Part shown: in pieces, positions 8,577-21,858 of the stretch
Position numbering within the stretch: position 1 is the stretch's first letter
Layout: each line of letters starts with the position of its first letter
Assembly: GCA_039810085.1 (NCBI GenBank)
Contig: JBDHWG010000006.1
Coordinates: 85,265-149,264, forward strand
Origin: Anaerolineae bacterium
GTDB taxonomy: Bacteria > Chloroflexota > Anaerolineae > Epilineales > JAHCIE01
DNA length: 64,000 nt
Direction of reading: 5' to 3'
The notes under the pieces: model-generated
What the model saw: the letters and a program-made list of their open reading frames with translations, nothing else
Databases searched by the model: none
What the model was told of the DNA's origin: nothing
Position numbers and translations under genes: made by a program

Positions 8577-9116
8577 ATGAAGCACACCCTCGTGGCCCTG
8601 GTGGAAAACAAGCCTGGCGTGCTGGCGCGCGTGGCCGGCCTGTTTCGCCGCCGCAACTTCAACATCGAGAGCCTGACGGTCGGCGAGACCGAAGACCCAT
8701 CTGTGTCGCGTATGACCATCGTCGTCGACTCCAGCGTCGCCGACCACAGCCTGGTGGAGCGCAACCTGTACAAGCTGGTGAACGTCCTGTTCGTGCAGGA
8801 CATCACCGACGCGCCGACGGTCCTGCGCGACCTCCTGCTCATCAAGGTCACGGCCGATGCCCAGCAGCGCGGCGAGATCATGCAACTCGTGGACATCTAC
8901 CGCGCGCGCATCGTGGACGTGGGACAGCAGTCGTTGATCATCGAGATGACAGGCACGCCCGCCAAGGTTGATGCGTTCATCCAACTCTTGCAGCCTTTTG
9001 GCATCCGCGAGATGGTGCGCACGGGCCTCATCGCCATGACCCGCAGCGATGAGCCGCTGTTCCAGGAAGAGACCGACGAGCACGCCCGCGGCGAGTGGCG
9101 TGTCATCAGCAACTAA
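8577..9116 (+). CDS. ilvN: Acetolactate synthase small (regulatory) subunit, ACT domain
   Basis: HTLVALVENKPGVLARVAGLFRRRNFNIESLTVGETED... canonical IlvN/IlvH. Confidence 0.9.
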   Translation: MKHTLVALVENKPGVLARVAGLFRRRNFNIESLTVGETEDPSVSRMTIVVDSSVADHSLVERNLYKLVNVLFVQDITDAPTVLRDLLLIKVTADAQQRGEIMQLVDIYRARIVDVGQQSLIIEMTGTPAKVDAFIQLLQPFGIREMVRTGLIAMTRSDEPLFQEETDEHARGEWRVISN

Positions 9117-9137
9117 TCCAATCCAAGGAGCCTTTGA

Positions 9138-10190
<1,053 letters not shown>

Positions 10191-10199
10191 GCGTGGAAA

Positions 10200-10251
10200 G
10201 GTACACAGGCGCGACCGAGACAATCGGGGACGCCTGTGTACCTCGTTTTAT
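10200..10251 (+). terminator. Hairpin plus U-tract after ilvC (possible partial terminator or processing site)
   Basis: GGTACACAGGCG...CGCCTGTGTACC 12-bp stem with 19-nt loop followed by TCGTTTTAT. Confidence 0.4.
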
Positions 10252-10419
10252 CGGAAAGGGGTCGCCATGAGCGAAGATGGCCTTAGCTGGGGTAGCCGCT
10301 GCGGCTACCCGGAGACGCTGACCTTACCAACCGTACGCAGCACGCAGTGAGGAGCACGCGGGAGGGGACTCACGCCGTCAGCCCCTTGCCGCGTGCCCCT
10401 CACCCCCAAGGAGCATACC

Positions 10420-12042
<1,623 letters not shown>

Positions 12043-12107
12043 GACCTGTCCCTCACCCCCTGCCCCCTCTCCCAAAATGGGAGAGGGGGAACTTGCGAAA
12101 GGTACAT

Positions 12108-13520
12108 ATGTCTGCGAATCGCCCACGAACTCTGTTCGAGAAAGTCTGGGACAACCACGTGGTAAGCGCCGATCCGGGCGCGCCCACGGTCATCTATATC
12201 GACCTGCACCTGGTCCACGAAGTCACCTCGCCCCAGGCTTTCACCGGCCTGCGCGAGAAGGGACTGAAGGTGCGCCGCCCGGACCGCACGGTTGCCACCA
12301 TCGACCACAGCGTGCCGACAACGCCGCGCTCGATCCCCATCATGGACGTGATGGCAGCGAAGCAGATCGAGCAGATGCGAACGAACGCCCGCGAGTTCGG
12401 CATCACGCTGTATGACATCGACAGCCGCGAGCAAGGCATCGTCCACGTCATCGGCCCACAGCTCGGCATTACACAGCCCGGCATGACCATTGTCTGCGGC
12501 GACAGCCACACCTCGACCCACGGCGCGTTCGGCGCGCTAGCCTTCGGCATCGGCACAAGCGAGGTCGAGATGGTCCTCGCTACGCAGTGCCTCCTCCAGC
12601 GCAAGCCGAAGACGATGGAAGTCCGCGTCAACGGCACGCTGCACCCTGGCGTCGCGGCCAAAGACATCATCCTGGCCGTCATCGCCAAGAACGGCGTCGG
12701 CGGTGGGACGGGGCACGTCTTCGAGTACACTGGCAGCGCCATCCGCGCCCTGAGCATGGAAGGGCGCATGACCGTGTGCAACATGAGCATCGAAGGCGGC
12801 GCCCGTGCGGGCATGATTGCCCCGGACGACACGACGTTCGAGTACCTGGCTGGGCGTCCCTTTGCGCCCAAGGGCGAGGCATGGGAGCAGTCCGTCGCCC
12901 ACTGGCAGATGCTTCCCAGCGATAGCGGCGCTACCTACGACCGCAGCATCACCATCAACGCCGATGAGCTTGAGCCGATGATTACCTACGGCACGAACCC
13001 CGGCATGGGCATGCCCATCACCGGCCGCGTTCCCAACCCTGACGACTTCTCCGACTCGCTCCAACGCGCCTCCCTGGAGAAGGCGCTGGCATACATGGAC
13101 CTGCGTCCCGGCGAGCCGCTCCTCGGCCACCCGGTCGACGTCGTGTTCATCGGGTCGTGCACCAACTCGCGCATCACCGACCTCCGACAGGCGGCGAGCT
13201 TGCTCAAGGGACGCACGGTCAGCCCGAACGTGCGTGTCATGGTCGTGCCCGGCTCGGCCGAGGTCAAGATGCAGGCAGAGAGCGAGGGCCTGGACCAGGT
13301 CTTCAAGGCGGCAGGCGCGGAGTGGCGCGAGGCCGGCTGCAGCATGTGCATCGCCATGAACGGCGACGAGCTGCGCCCCGGCCAGTACTGCGTCAGCACC
13401 AGCAACCGCAACTTCGAGGGCCGCCAGGGGCGCGGCGGGCGCACGTTCCTCGCCAGCCCGCTGACCGCTGCCGCCACTGCCCTCACCGGCGTCGTGACGG
13501 ATGCGCGCACGATGTTGTAA
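12108..13520 (+). CDS. leuC: 3-isopropylmalate dehydratase large subunit
   Basis: Aconitase-family motifs ([35 protein letters not shown]). Confidence 0.9.
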   Translation: MSANRPRTLFEKVWDNHVVSADPGAPTVIYIDLHLVHEVTSPQAFTGLREKGLKVRRPDRTVATIDHSVPTTPRSIPIMDVMAAKQIEQMRTNAREFGITLYDIDSREQGIVHVIGPQLGITQPGMTIVCGDSHTSTHGAFGALAFGIGTSEVEMVLATQCLLQRKPKTMEVRVNGTLHPGVAAKDIILAVIAKNGVGGGTGHVFEYTGSAIRALSMEGRMTVCNMSIEGGARAGMIAPDDTTFEYLAGRPFAPKGEAWEQSVAHWQMLPSDSGATYDRSITINADELEPMITYGTNPGMGMPITGRVPNPDDFSDSLQRASLEKALAYMDLRPGEPLLGHPVDVVFIGSCTNSRITDLRQAASLLKGRTVSPNVRVMVVPGSAEVKMQAESEGLDQVFKAAGAEWREAGCSMCIAMNGDELRPGQYCVSTSNRNFEGRQGRGGRTFLASPLTAAATALTGVVTDARTML

Positions 13521-13548
13521 ACTTGGATCATCCCGCTGGATAACGAGA

Positions 13549-13577
13549 TTGACCGGTGTTCAATTGTGGAGTATGAT
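13549..13577 (+). promoter_or_regulatory. Promoter of nested toxin-antitoxin cassette (TTGACC-17-TATGAT)
   Basis: Seen directly, in an AT-richer segment right after leuC. CAATTG palindrome in the spacer. Confidence 0.5.
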
Positions 13578-13625
13578 GTAGGCAATCATGAGGAGGAAAG
13601 TGTGTAGTATTATAAGGAGAGGAAT

Positions 13626-13883
13626 ATGGGCGCCAGGACCATTCAGATTACGATCGAAGACTCGATGTTGGAGAAAGTAGACCAGGCTGTGGAGCAGCTC
13701 AACATCTCGCGCTCCGCCGCCATCCGTGCTGCGCTGGCTCAGTGGCTGCACGAGCGTCGTATGGAGGAGCTCGACAGGCAGACGGAGGAGGGGTATAGGC
13801 GAATTCCTGCCCATCCCGACGAATTCTATATAGCTCCTAGCCAGCATGTCCAACTGGATGAGTGGCCAACGGAGGATGCGTGA
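13626..13883 (+). CDS. Type II antitoxin, ribbon-helix-helix (CopG/MazE-like)
   Basis: N-terminal RHH motif (…LNISRSAAIRAALAQWL…) and an acidic C-terminal tail. Stop overlaps the toxin start. Confidence 0.75.
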   Translation: MGARTIQITIEDSMLEKVDQAVEQLNISRSAAIRAALAQWLHERRMEELDRQTEEGYRRIPAHPDEFYIAPSQHVQLDEWPTEDA

Positions 13884-14212
13884 GACGTGGCGAAGTCCGC
13901 TGGTACACCTTTGAAGCGCCCAACAAGCGTCGTCCTGTGGTTGTTCTGACAAGGACGCCCTCGATTGGCTATCTGTATGACGTTACGGTTGCGCAGATAA
14001 CTTCCACTATCCGCAATGTGCCGGCCGAGGTCGTTCTGGATGAGGAAGATGGGATGAAACAGGCTTGTGCTGTCAACCTGTTTCAGATCACGACTGTTCC
14101 GAAGACCAAGATAGGGCCTCTAATTACAGTTCTGTCACCCGAGAAGATGCGCGAGATCGCCGAAGCCATTCGATATGCGCTGGACTTAGGTCTGCTCGCG
14201 TCATTGAGTTGA
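13862..14212 (+). CDS. Type II toxin, MazF/PemK family mRNA interferase
   Basis: [11 protein letters not shown]...[10 protein letters not shown]...VTVAQITST...[11 protein letters not shown], the PemK/MazF signature. The more likely start is GTG 13880, with a GGAGGA RBS, overlapping the antitoxin stop. Confidence 0.75.
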   Translation: MANGGCVRRGEVRWYTFEAPNKRRPVVVLTRTPSIGYLYDVTVAQITSTIRNVPAEVVLDEEDGMKQACAVNLFQITTVPKTKIGPLITVLSPEKMREIAEAIRYALDLGLLASLS

Positions 14213-14241
14213 ACTTTGCGTACGCCCATGAGGACACCGCT

Positions 14242-14853
14242 ATGCCTGAACCGTTGAAACCGTTCCGTAGTAAGGTGGTTGTGATGTCGACGCCCAACAT
14301 CGACACCGACCAGATTATCCCGGCCCGCTACCTCAAAGTCACTGACAAGCAGCAGCTCGGCCAGTATCTCTTCTCCGACTGGCGCTATCGGGACGGCGAG
14401 CCAATTCCGGACTTCATCCTCAACCAGCCGGAGATGAAAGGGCGGCAAGTCCTTCTCGCTGGCGACAACTTCGGCTGCGGCAGCTCCCGCGAGCACGCCC
14501 CCTGGGCGCTCGTGGACTACGGCTTCCGCGCCGTCATTAGCACATCGTTCGCCGACATCTTCCGCAACAACGCGCTGAAGAACGGCCTGCTGCCGGTCGC
14601 CGTCGGCTCCGAGGTGCATGAATCGCTCATGGCGCAGCTGGCGGCCCACCCTGATGCTGAGGTCGCCGTGGACCTCGAAGCGGAGAGCCTGACGCTGCCC
14701 AACGGCCAGACCGTGCGCTTCCCGATTGACCCCTTCGCCCGCACGTGCCTGCTCCAGGGCGTGGACGAACTGGGCTATCTGCTCAACCTTGGCAGCCAGA
14801 TTGACGCTTTCGAGGCCGAGCACGAGGGCCGCGTCGAGGCGGCGGCCGGTTGA
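14242..14853 (+). CDS. leuD: 3-isopropylmalate dehydratase small subunit
   Basis: [32 protein letters not shown]... canonical LeuD. The ORF-track start at 14065 is an upstream extension overlapping the toxin gene. Confidence 0.9.
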   Translation: MPEPLKPFRSKVVVMSTPNIDTDQIIPARYLKVTDKQQLGQYLFSDWRYRDGEPIPDFILNQPEMKGRQVLLAGDNFGCGSSREHAPWALVDYGFRAVISTSFADIFRNNALKNGLLPVAVGSEVHESLMAQLAAHPDAEVAVDLEAESLTLPNGQTVRFPIDPFARTCLLQGVDELGYLLNLGSQIDAFEAEHEGRVEAAAG

Positions 14854-14965
14854 TGCAAGTGCCTCATGCTGTGCTTCAGCACGACATGGCAACGGACAAG
14901 ACGCAGGCTCTATGCTTGACGTCGGCGTCCGCACGCCCTTGCATTTCGATTATCATTATTGGCCA

Positions 14966-14989
14966 GGGGTGACAGTGCGCTGTCACCCC
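14966..14989. repeat. Perfect 24-bp palindrome GGGGTGACAGtgcgCTGTCACCCC in leuD-cimA spacer
   Basis: Read directly. The CTGTCACCCCTGAG segment resembles the terminus of the GTCACCCTGAGCG repeat at 16721. Confidence 0.5.
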
Positions 14990-15111
14990 TGAGTGTGTGC
15001 GGGGGTGGCAGCGGCACAGGCGGCGCTCCTCCCCGCAAAGGCGCTTGCGGAGCCAGTCTTGACGGACGGCCCGAGGCCCTAACCGCCCTACACGGGGCAA
15101 GGAGAGAGCGA

Positions 15112-16692
15112 ATGCGCATCCTCGTCTACGATACGACCCTCCGCGACGGCACCCAGCACGCCGGTGTGTCTCTATCCGTCGAAGACAAACTAAAGATTAC
15201 CGCGCGCCTCGATGAATTCGGCGTCGACTACATCGAGGGCGGCTGGCCCGGCTCGAACCCCAAGGACATCGAGTATTTCCGCCGCGTCCGCAGCCTGCCC
15301 CTCCGCCACGCCCGCGTCACCGCCTTTGGCTCGACCCGCAAGGCCGACACGCCCGTCGCCGACGACCCTCAAGTGCAGCTCCTCATCGACGCGGAGACTC
15401 CCGCCATCGCCATCTTTGGCAAGTCGTCGGATCTGCACGTCGAGCACGTCCTGCGCACGACCCTCGCAGAGAACCTCGCCATGATCGGCGACACCGTCGC
15501 CTATCTCAAGTCCCACGGGCGCGAGGTCGTCTACGACGCCGAGCATTTCTTCGACGGCTACAAGCGCAACCCCGACTATGCCCTCGCGACGATCAAGGCG
15601 GCAGCCGACGCGGGCGCGGATGTCGTCGTGCTGTGCGACACCAACGGCGGGTGCATGCCGTGGGAGGTTGAAGAGATTGTGGACGCGGCCATCGCCGCCA
15701 TCCCCCACACTCCCCTCGGCATCCATACCCACGATGACGCGGGGTGCGGCGTCATCAACACCCTGTCCGCCGTGCGCCACGGGGCCATTCACGTGCAGGG
15801 AACCGTCAACGGCTATGGCGAGCGCGTCGGCAACGCCAATCTTTGCACTATTCTTCCCAACCTGGCGCTCAAGATGGGCTACGATGTGCTGACGCCGGGC
15901 GCGCTGGCGCGGCTGACTGAGCTATCCCGCTACGTGGCTGAGTTGTCCAACATGGGCCTCGACCCGCGCCTGCCCTACGTCGGCTCGGCGGCGTTCACTC
16001 ACAAGGGCGGCACCCACGTCGCCGCCATCCTGCGCGTCGAAGAGAGCTACCAGCACATCGACCCCACCCTCGTGGGCAACGAGAAGGTGGTCGTTATCTC
16101 GGAGTTGTCGGGCCAGGGGAACATTCGCTACAAGGCCGACGAGTTCGGCGTCGAGGTCAACGGCAACGACGGGGTGCGCCAGGTGCTTCAACGCGTAAAA
16201 GAGCTAGAAAACCAGGGCTTCTCCTTCGAGGGCGCCGAGGCGTCGGTGGACCTCATGCTGCGCCGGGTGCAGCCGGGCTACGTGGCGCCCTTTGAGTTAA
16301 TCGACTTCCACGCCATCGTCGAGCACCGCCAGGGGCGCGGCCTACTCGCCGAAGCCTCGGTCAAGGTCAAGGTCGGCGACGAGATCGCCCACACCGTCGC
16401 CGATGGTAATGGTCCGGTCAACGCCCTCGACCAGGCGCTGCGGAAGGCGCTCCTGCCCCACTACCCGCACCTCGCCGAGATGCGCCTCGTGGACTACAAG
16501 GTGCGCATCCTGGACTCCCACGCCGCGACCGGCGCGATCACGCGCGTGCTGCTCGACTCAGCGAGCGGCGACATGACGTGGAGCACCGTCGGCGCATCGA
16601 CCAACATCATCGAGGCGTCCTGGCAGGCACTGGCTGATTCCTTCGAATACGCCATCGTCGCCACGAGCGAGGCTGCGCCGGTAGCGGTGTGA
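15112..16692 (+). CDS. cimA: (R)-citramalate synthase (LeuA-family, pyruvate route to 2-oxobutanoate for isoleucine)
   Basis: YDTTLRDGTQ...IEGGWPGSNPKDIEYF...HFFDGYKRNPDYAL...CDTNGG and a C-terminal LeuA-dimer domain. It resembles bacterial CimA more than LeuA. AAGGAGAG RBS. Confidence 0.8.
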   Translation: MRILVYDTTLRDGTQHAGVSLSVEDKLKITARLDEFGVDYIEGGWPGSNPKDIEYFRRVRSLPLRHARVTAFGSTRKADTPVADDPQVQLLIDAETPAIAIFGKSSDLHVEHVLRTTLAENLAMIGDTVAYLKSHGREVVYDAEHFFDGYKRNPDYALATIKAAADAGADVVVLCDTNGGCMPWEVEEIVDAAIAAIPHTPLGIHTHDDAGCGVINTLSAVRHGAIHVQGTVNGYGERVGNANLCTILPNLALKMGYDVLTPGALARLTELSRYVAELSNMGLDPRLPYVGSAAFTHKGGTHVAAILRVEESYQHIDPTLVGNEKVVVISELSGQGNIRYKADEFGVEVNGNDGVRQVLQRVKELENQGFSFEGAEASVDLMLRRVQPGYVAPFELIDFHAIVEHRQGRGLLAEASVKVKVGDEIAHTVADGNGPVNALDQALRKALLPHYPHLAEMRLVDYKVRILDSHAATGAITRVLLDSASGDMTWSTVGASTNIIEASWQALADSFEYAIVATSEAAPVAV

Positions 16693-16720
16693 CACTACCG
16701 GATCGCGCATAAGGATAGCT

Positions 16721-16782
16721 GTCACCCTGAGCGCAGCGAAGGGTCTCCTGTCCGAGGGATGCTTCGCTACGCTCAGCATGAC
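16721..16782. repeat. Imperfect palindromic dispersed element, GTCACCCTGAGCGCAGCGAAGG...CTTCGCTACGCTCAGCATGAC
   Basis: Arms are reverse complements with about 18 of 22 matches. A related copy lies at 38880-38944 and a partial copy at about 14978. Confidence 0.55.
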
Positions 16783-16794
16783 AAGTTGAGGCTA

Positions 16795-16885
16795 CGTTCG
16801 GGTAGACACAGAGGACACAGAGGGTAATGACGTCCGCCTTCTCTGTGTCCTCTGTGCCTCCGCGGCAATCTTCTGTTCTATCGGC
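16795..16885. repeat. Hairpin-forming dispersed repeat, copy 1 (CACAGAGGACACAGAG / CTCTGTGTCCTCTGTG stem)
   Basis: Perfect 16-bp inverted repeat, 16807-16822 pairing with 16841-16856. The flanking CACAGAGGnCACAGAG and TCTGTGCCTCCGyGGCArTCTTsTTCTrTC are shared with 30521-30606. It sits between the convergent cimA and lon and likely acts as a terminator. Confidence 0.6.
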
Positions 16886-16916
16886 CGGCGAGTCCCCGTC
16901 TACTACACCGCGTTGG

Positions 16917-19529
<2,613 letters not shown>

Positions 19530-19532
19530 TCT

Positions 19533-19976
19533 TTATGATATCTCCTCGGGTGGCGCCTGAACCGGGATGCGACGGCGGCCGGCTTTGGGTAATGTAATCG
19601 TCAGAAAACCGTCCTCGTATTGCGCCGCGATACCGTCCTCCCGGATGGGAATAGGTACAGCCACCTCGGTCTGGAACGGACCCCACGTAATCTCCATGCG
19701 GTGGTAGCCACGCTTGGGCGCTGTGTCCCGTCGGACGCCGGCCACAACCAGAGCGCCGTCGGCCAGAGCGACGCGGAAATCGTCCTCGCGCATGCCGGCA
19801 ATCTCGACCAGGACAATCAGCGCGTCATCGGTCTCGTACACATCGGTAGGCGGTCGAAAAACGGATTGCCCATAGAGCGCCGACCAGGGCGACTGGAACA
19901 CGGCCTGCCCCAGCAGCCTATCTATTTCATTTTGGAGCCTGCGAAGCTCTCCTGAGCCGGACCTCGTTCGATGCAT
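19533..19976 (-). CDS. Small heat-shock protein, Hsp20/alpha-crystallin family
   Basis: Alpha-crystallin domain (…TDVYETDDALIVLVEIAGMREDDFRV…), about 147 aa. Stop 3 nt from lon start (operon). Confidence 0.9.
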   Translation of the reverse strand: MHRTRSGSGELRRLQNEIDRLLGQAVFQSPWSALYGQSVFRPPTDVYETDDALIVLVEIAGMREDDFRVALADGALVVAGVRRDTAPKRGYHRMEITWGPFQTEVAVPIPIREDGIAAQYEDGFLTITLPKAGRRRIPVQAPPEEIS

Positions 19977-20010
19977 AGTCGCGCCTTTCTGTGACTGATC
20001 TTCTCATGTA

Positions 20011-20038
20011 ATTGTAGCCGTGCGCACGGTAATTTCAA
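20011..20038 (-). promoter_or_regulatory. Promoter of hsp20-lon operon (TTGAAA-16-TACAAT, minus strand) with embedded 12-bp palindrome CCGTGCGCACGG
   Basis: Reverse complement reads TTGAAAttaCCGTGCGCACGGcTACAAT. Palindrome at 20018-20029. Confidence 0.5.
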
Positions 20039-20064
20039 ACGAACGACGTGGGTAGAAACGGTTG

Positions 20065-21789
20065 TCAGCGTGGCGCGCGAACCGGCGCAAGGCTCTCAGC
20101 GCCCAGCACAGAAGCCGCATACCCTTCGACGCCGCGGCGGATGACGGCGAGACCGAGCGGGTACACCAGGGGCACGCGCGGACTATCGTCGCGCAGCATC
20201 TGTGCCACCTGCTGGTACACCTCGCGCCGACGATCCATGTCAGCGTTTGTTTCGCCCTGCCTGAGAGCGTCGAGCACGGCTGGCTTCGAGTAGCCGGTCT
20301 CCCCCACCGAAAGGGGACCAAACAGGGGGTTGAGGAACGCGAATGGGTCGTCCAATGCTTCGCTGCGCCCCGAGGGCGTCGGGTAGCTTAACAGGAACAG
20401 GGGAAACTGCCCCTGCTTGCGCTCGGCGAGGAAGCTGGCCCACTCATCCTCGCGCAGAACGGCCTTGATGCCCGCCGCTTCGAGCTGCGCCGCTATCGCT
20501 TTAGCCAGGGGCGCGGCGCTTGGCCCAAGGGGCGGACTGCTATACCACAGCTCCAGCCGCCGCAGCTTGCCATCTGGGCCGGCAACTTCGGACAGCCCGT
20601 TTTGAAATCCAGCCTGAGCCAGCAAGTCCCTGGCCTTGGCGCTGCTTGCTGAGCCTGGCGGACCGATGCGGCAGCACAACGACGGCGGAATAAACTGATC
20701 CGCTGGAATCGCCGACTGCGACGGAAGCGCCGCTACCAGCGCCGCACCATCCAGAGCATTGGCGATGGCCTGCCGCACGCGAGAGTCGTTGAGCGGGCGG
20801 TAGCGCTGGTTGATGCCCAGGTAACTCACGGCAAGCTGTGGGCGTGGGATAGGGACAAGACCGCGCGCTTGGGCTGCTGCTGCGCGGTCAACAGGGATAT
20901 CCGGCGCGAGGTCGGCGCGCCCGTCAACCAGCGCGGCCAGCTGCGTGTCCGGATCGCCCAATGCCTGGAATGTGAGCGTGTCGGAGGCCGCCGCGCCGCC
21001 CCAGTAGTCGGCATACCGCTCGAGGCGAAGCATGCCCGGCTGCCACTCCTTCAGGCGAAACGGCCCTGTACCGACCGCGCCGCCGTCGGGCGCACCGTAT
21101 CGCGCACCAACGCGTGCCACCGCGTCCGGGCTGCTGATGCCGAAGTACGGCAGCGCGAGGAATGCCGGAAAGTAGGCGGCGGGCCGCGAGAGATGGAACG
21201 TGACCTCGCCGTTGTCGCCCGCGATGACATCCGTCACAAGACTACCGGAGCCGCGATAGCCGCCGAAGATGTCCGACCAGACCTGGAACTGCTTGCCCTC
21301 GCTTCGAGCGCCAGCAGCGAAGTCCGGGTCGATCCAGCGGTCGAAGTTGAACTTAACGGCGGATGGTGTCAGCGACGTGCCGTCGTGGAAGCGCACCCCT
21401 TGACGCAGTGTAAATGCCCACTCGGTCGCATCACTGTTAGCGCGCCAGCCGGTCGCCAAGACCGGCGTAATTTCCCCATTAGGGCCGAGGCCGGTGAGCG
21501 TATCGAATATCTGCCGAAGAACGGGCAGTCCAGGGGCGTCGACAAGGTCGCCAGGGTCGAGACTGAGGGGATCACGTGTCATCGCCACGACAAGGGCGTC
21601 GCGCTGTTGCGGGACCGACGGCGCCTCTGCCTGCGTTGTGCGTGTCGGCGCGCCTGCGATTGGCGCGACAGTAGGGGCTGTCGGCATCGCGGCTGTCAGG
21701 GCAGGCGACGGCGTCGCGCGCGCACGGCAGGCGGCAGCAAACCCTGCCAGGGCAAGGCAGAGAAGGAGTGTCAGGAACCGGTTTCGCAT
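20065..21789 (-). CDS. ABC transporter substrate-binding protein, family 5 (oligopeptide/nickel type), orphan
   Basis: Signal peptide MRNRFLTLLLCLALAGFAAAC plus SBP_bac_5 motifs. No permease or ATPase genes adjacent. Confidence 0.8.
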   Translation of the reverse strand: MRNRFLTLLLCLALAGFAAACRARATPSPALTAAMPTAPTVAPIAGAPTRTTQAEAPSVPQQRDALVVAMTRDPLSLDPGDLVDAPGLPVLRQIFDTLTGLGPNGEITPVLATGWRANSDATEWAFTLRQGVRFHDGTSLTPSAVKFNFDRWIDPDFAAGARSEGKQFQVWSDIFGGYRGSGSLVTDVIAGDNGEVTFHLSRPAAYFPAFLALPYFGISSPDAVARVGARYGAPDGGAVGTGPFRLKEWQPGMLRLERYADYWGGAAASDTLTFQALGDPDTQLAALVDGRADLAPDIPVDRAAAAQARGLVPIPRPQLAVSYLGINQRYRPLNDSRVRQAIANALDGAALVAALPSQSAIPADQFIPPSLCCRIGPPGSASSAKARDLLAQAGFQNGLSEVAGPDGKLRRLELWYSSPPLGPSAAPLAKAIAAQLEAAGIKAVLREDEWASFLAERKQGQFPLFLLSYPTPSGRSEALDDPFAFLNPLFGPLSVGETGYSKPAVLDALRQGETNADMDRRREVYQQVAQMLRDDSPRVPLVYPLGLAVIRRGVEGYAASVLGAESLAPVRAPR

Positions 21790-21806
21790 GGTGCAAGTAT
21801 ACCACG

Positions 21807-21835
21807 TTGACACGTTAACGGCGATAGATTACAAT
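21807..21835 (+). promoter_or_regulatory. Putative promoter TTGACA-17-TACAAT for CoA-transferase gene
   Basis: Seen directly in the 45-bp divergent spacer. Confidence 0.45.
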
Positions 21836-21858
21836 GCGCAGAAATGGAGGTTTTCCTA

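Noticed and set aside
10191-10419. Candidate Leu-rich leader peptide or T-box upstream of leuA
   Set aside because: The only small ORFs here (for example MSEDGLSWGSRCGYPETLTLPTVRSTQ and MALAGVAAAATRRR) are not Leu-rich. No T-box consensus (…GGTGGTACCGCG…) is present. Only a hairpin with a U-tract after ilvC was kept, as a possible terminator.
14065-14241. Long leuD ORF starting at 14065
   Set aside because: It overlaps the MazF toxin gene in another frame and adds 59 non-LeuD residues. The conserved LeuD N-terminus, MPEPLKPF, starts at 14242 with a GAGGAC RBS.
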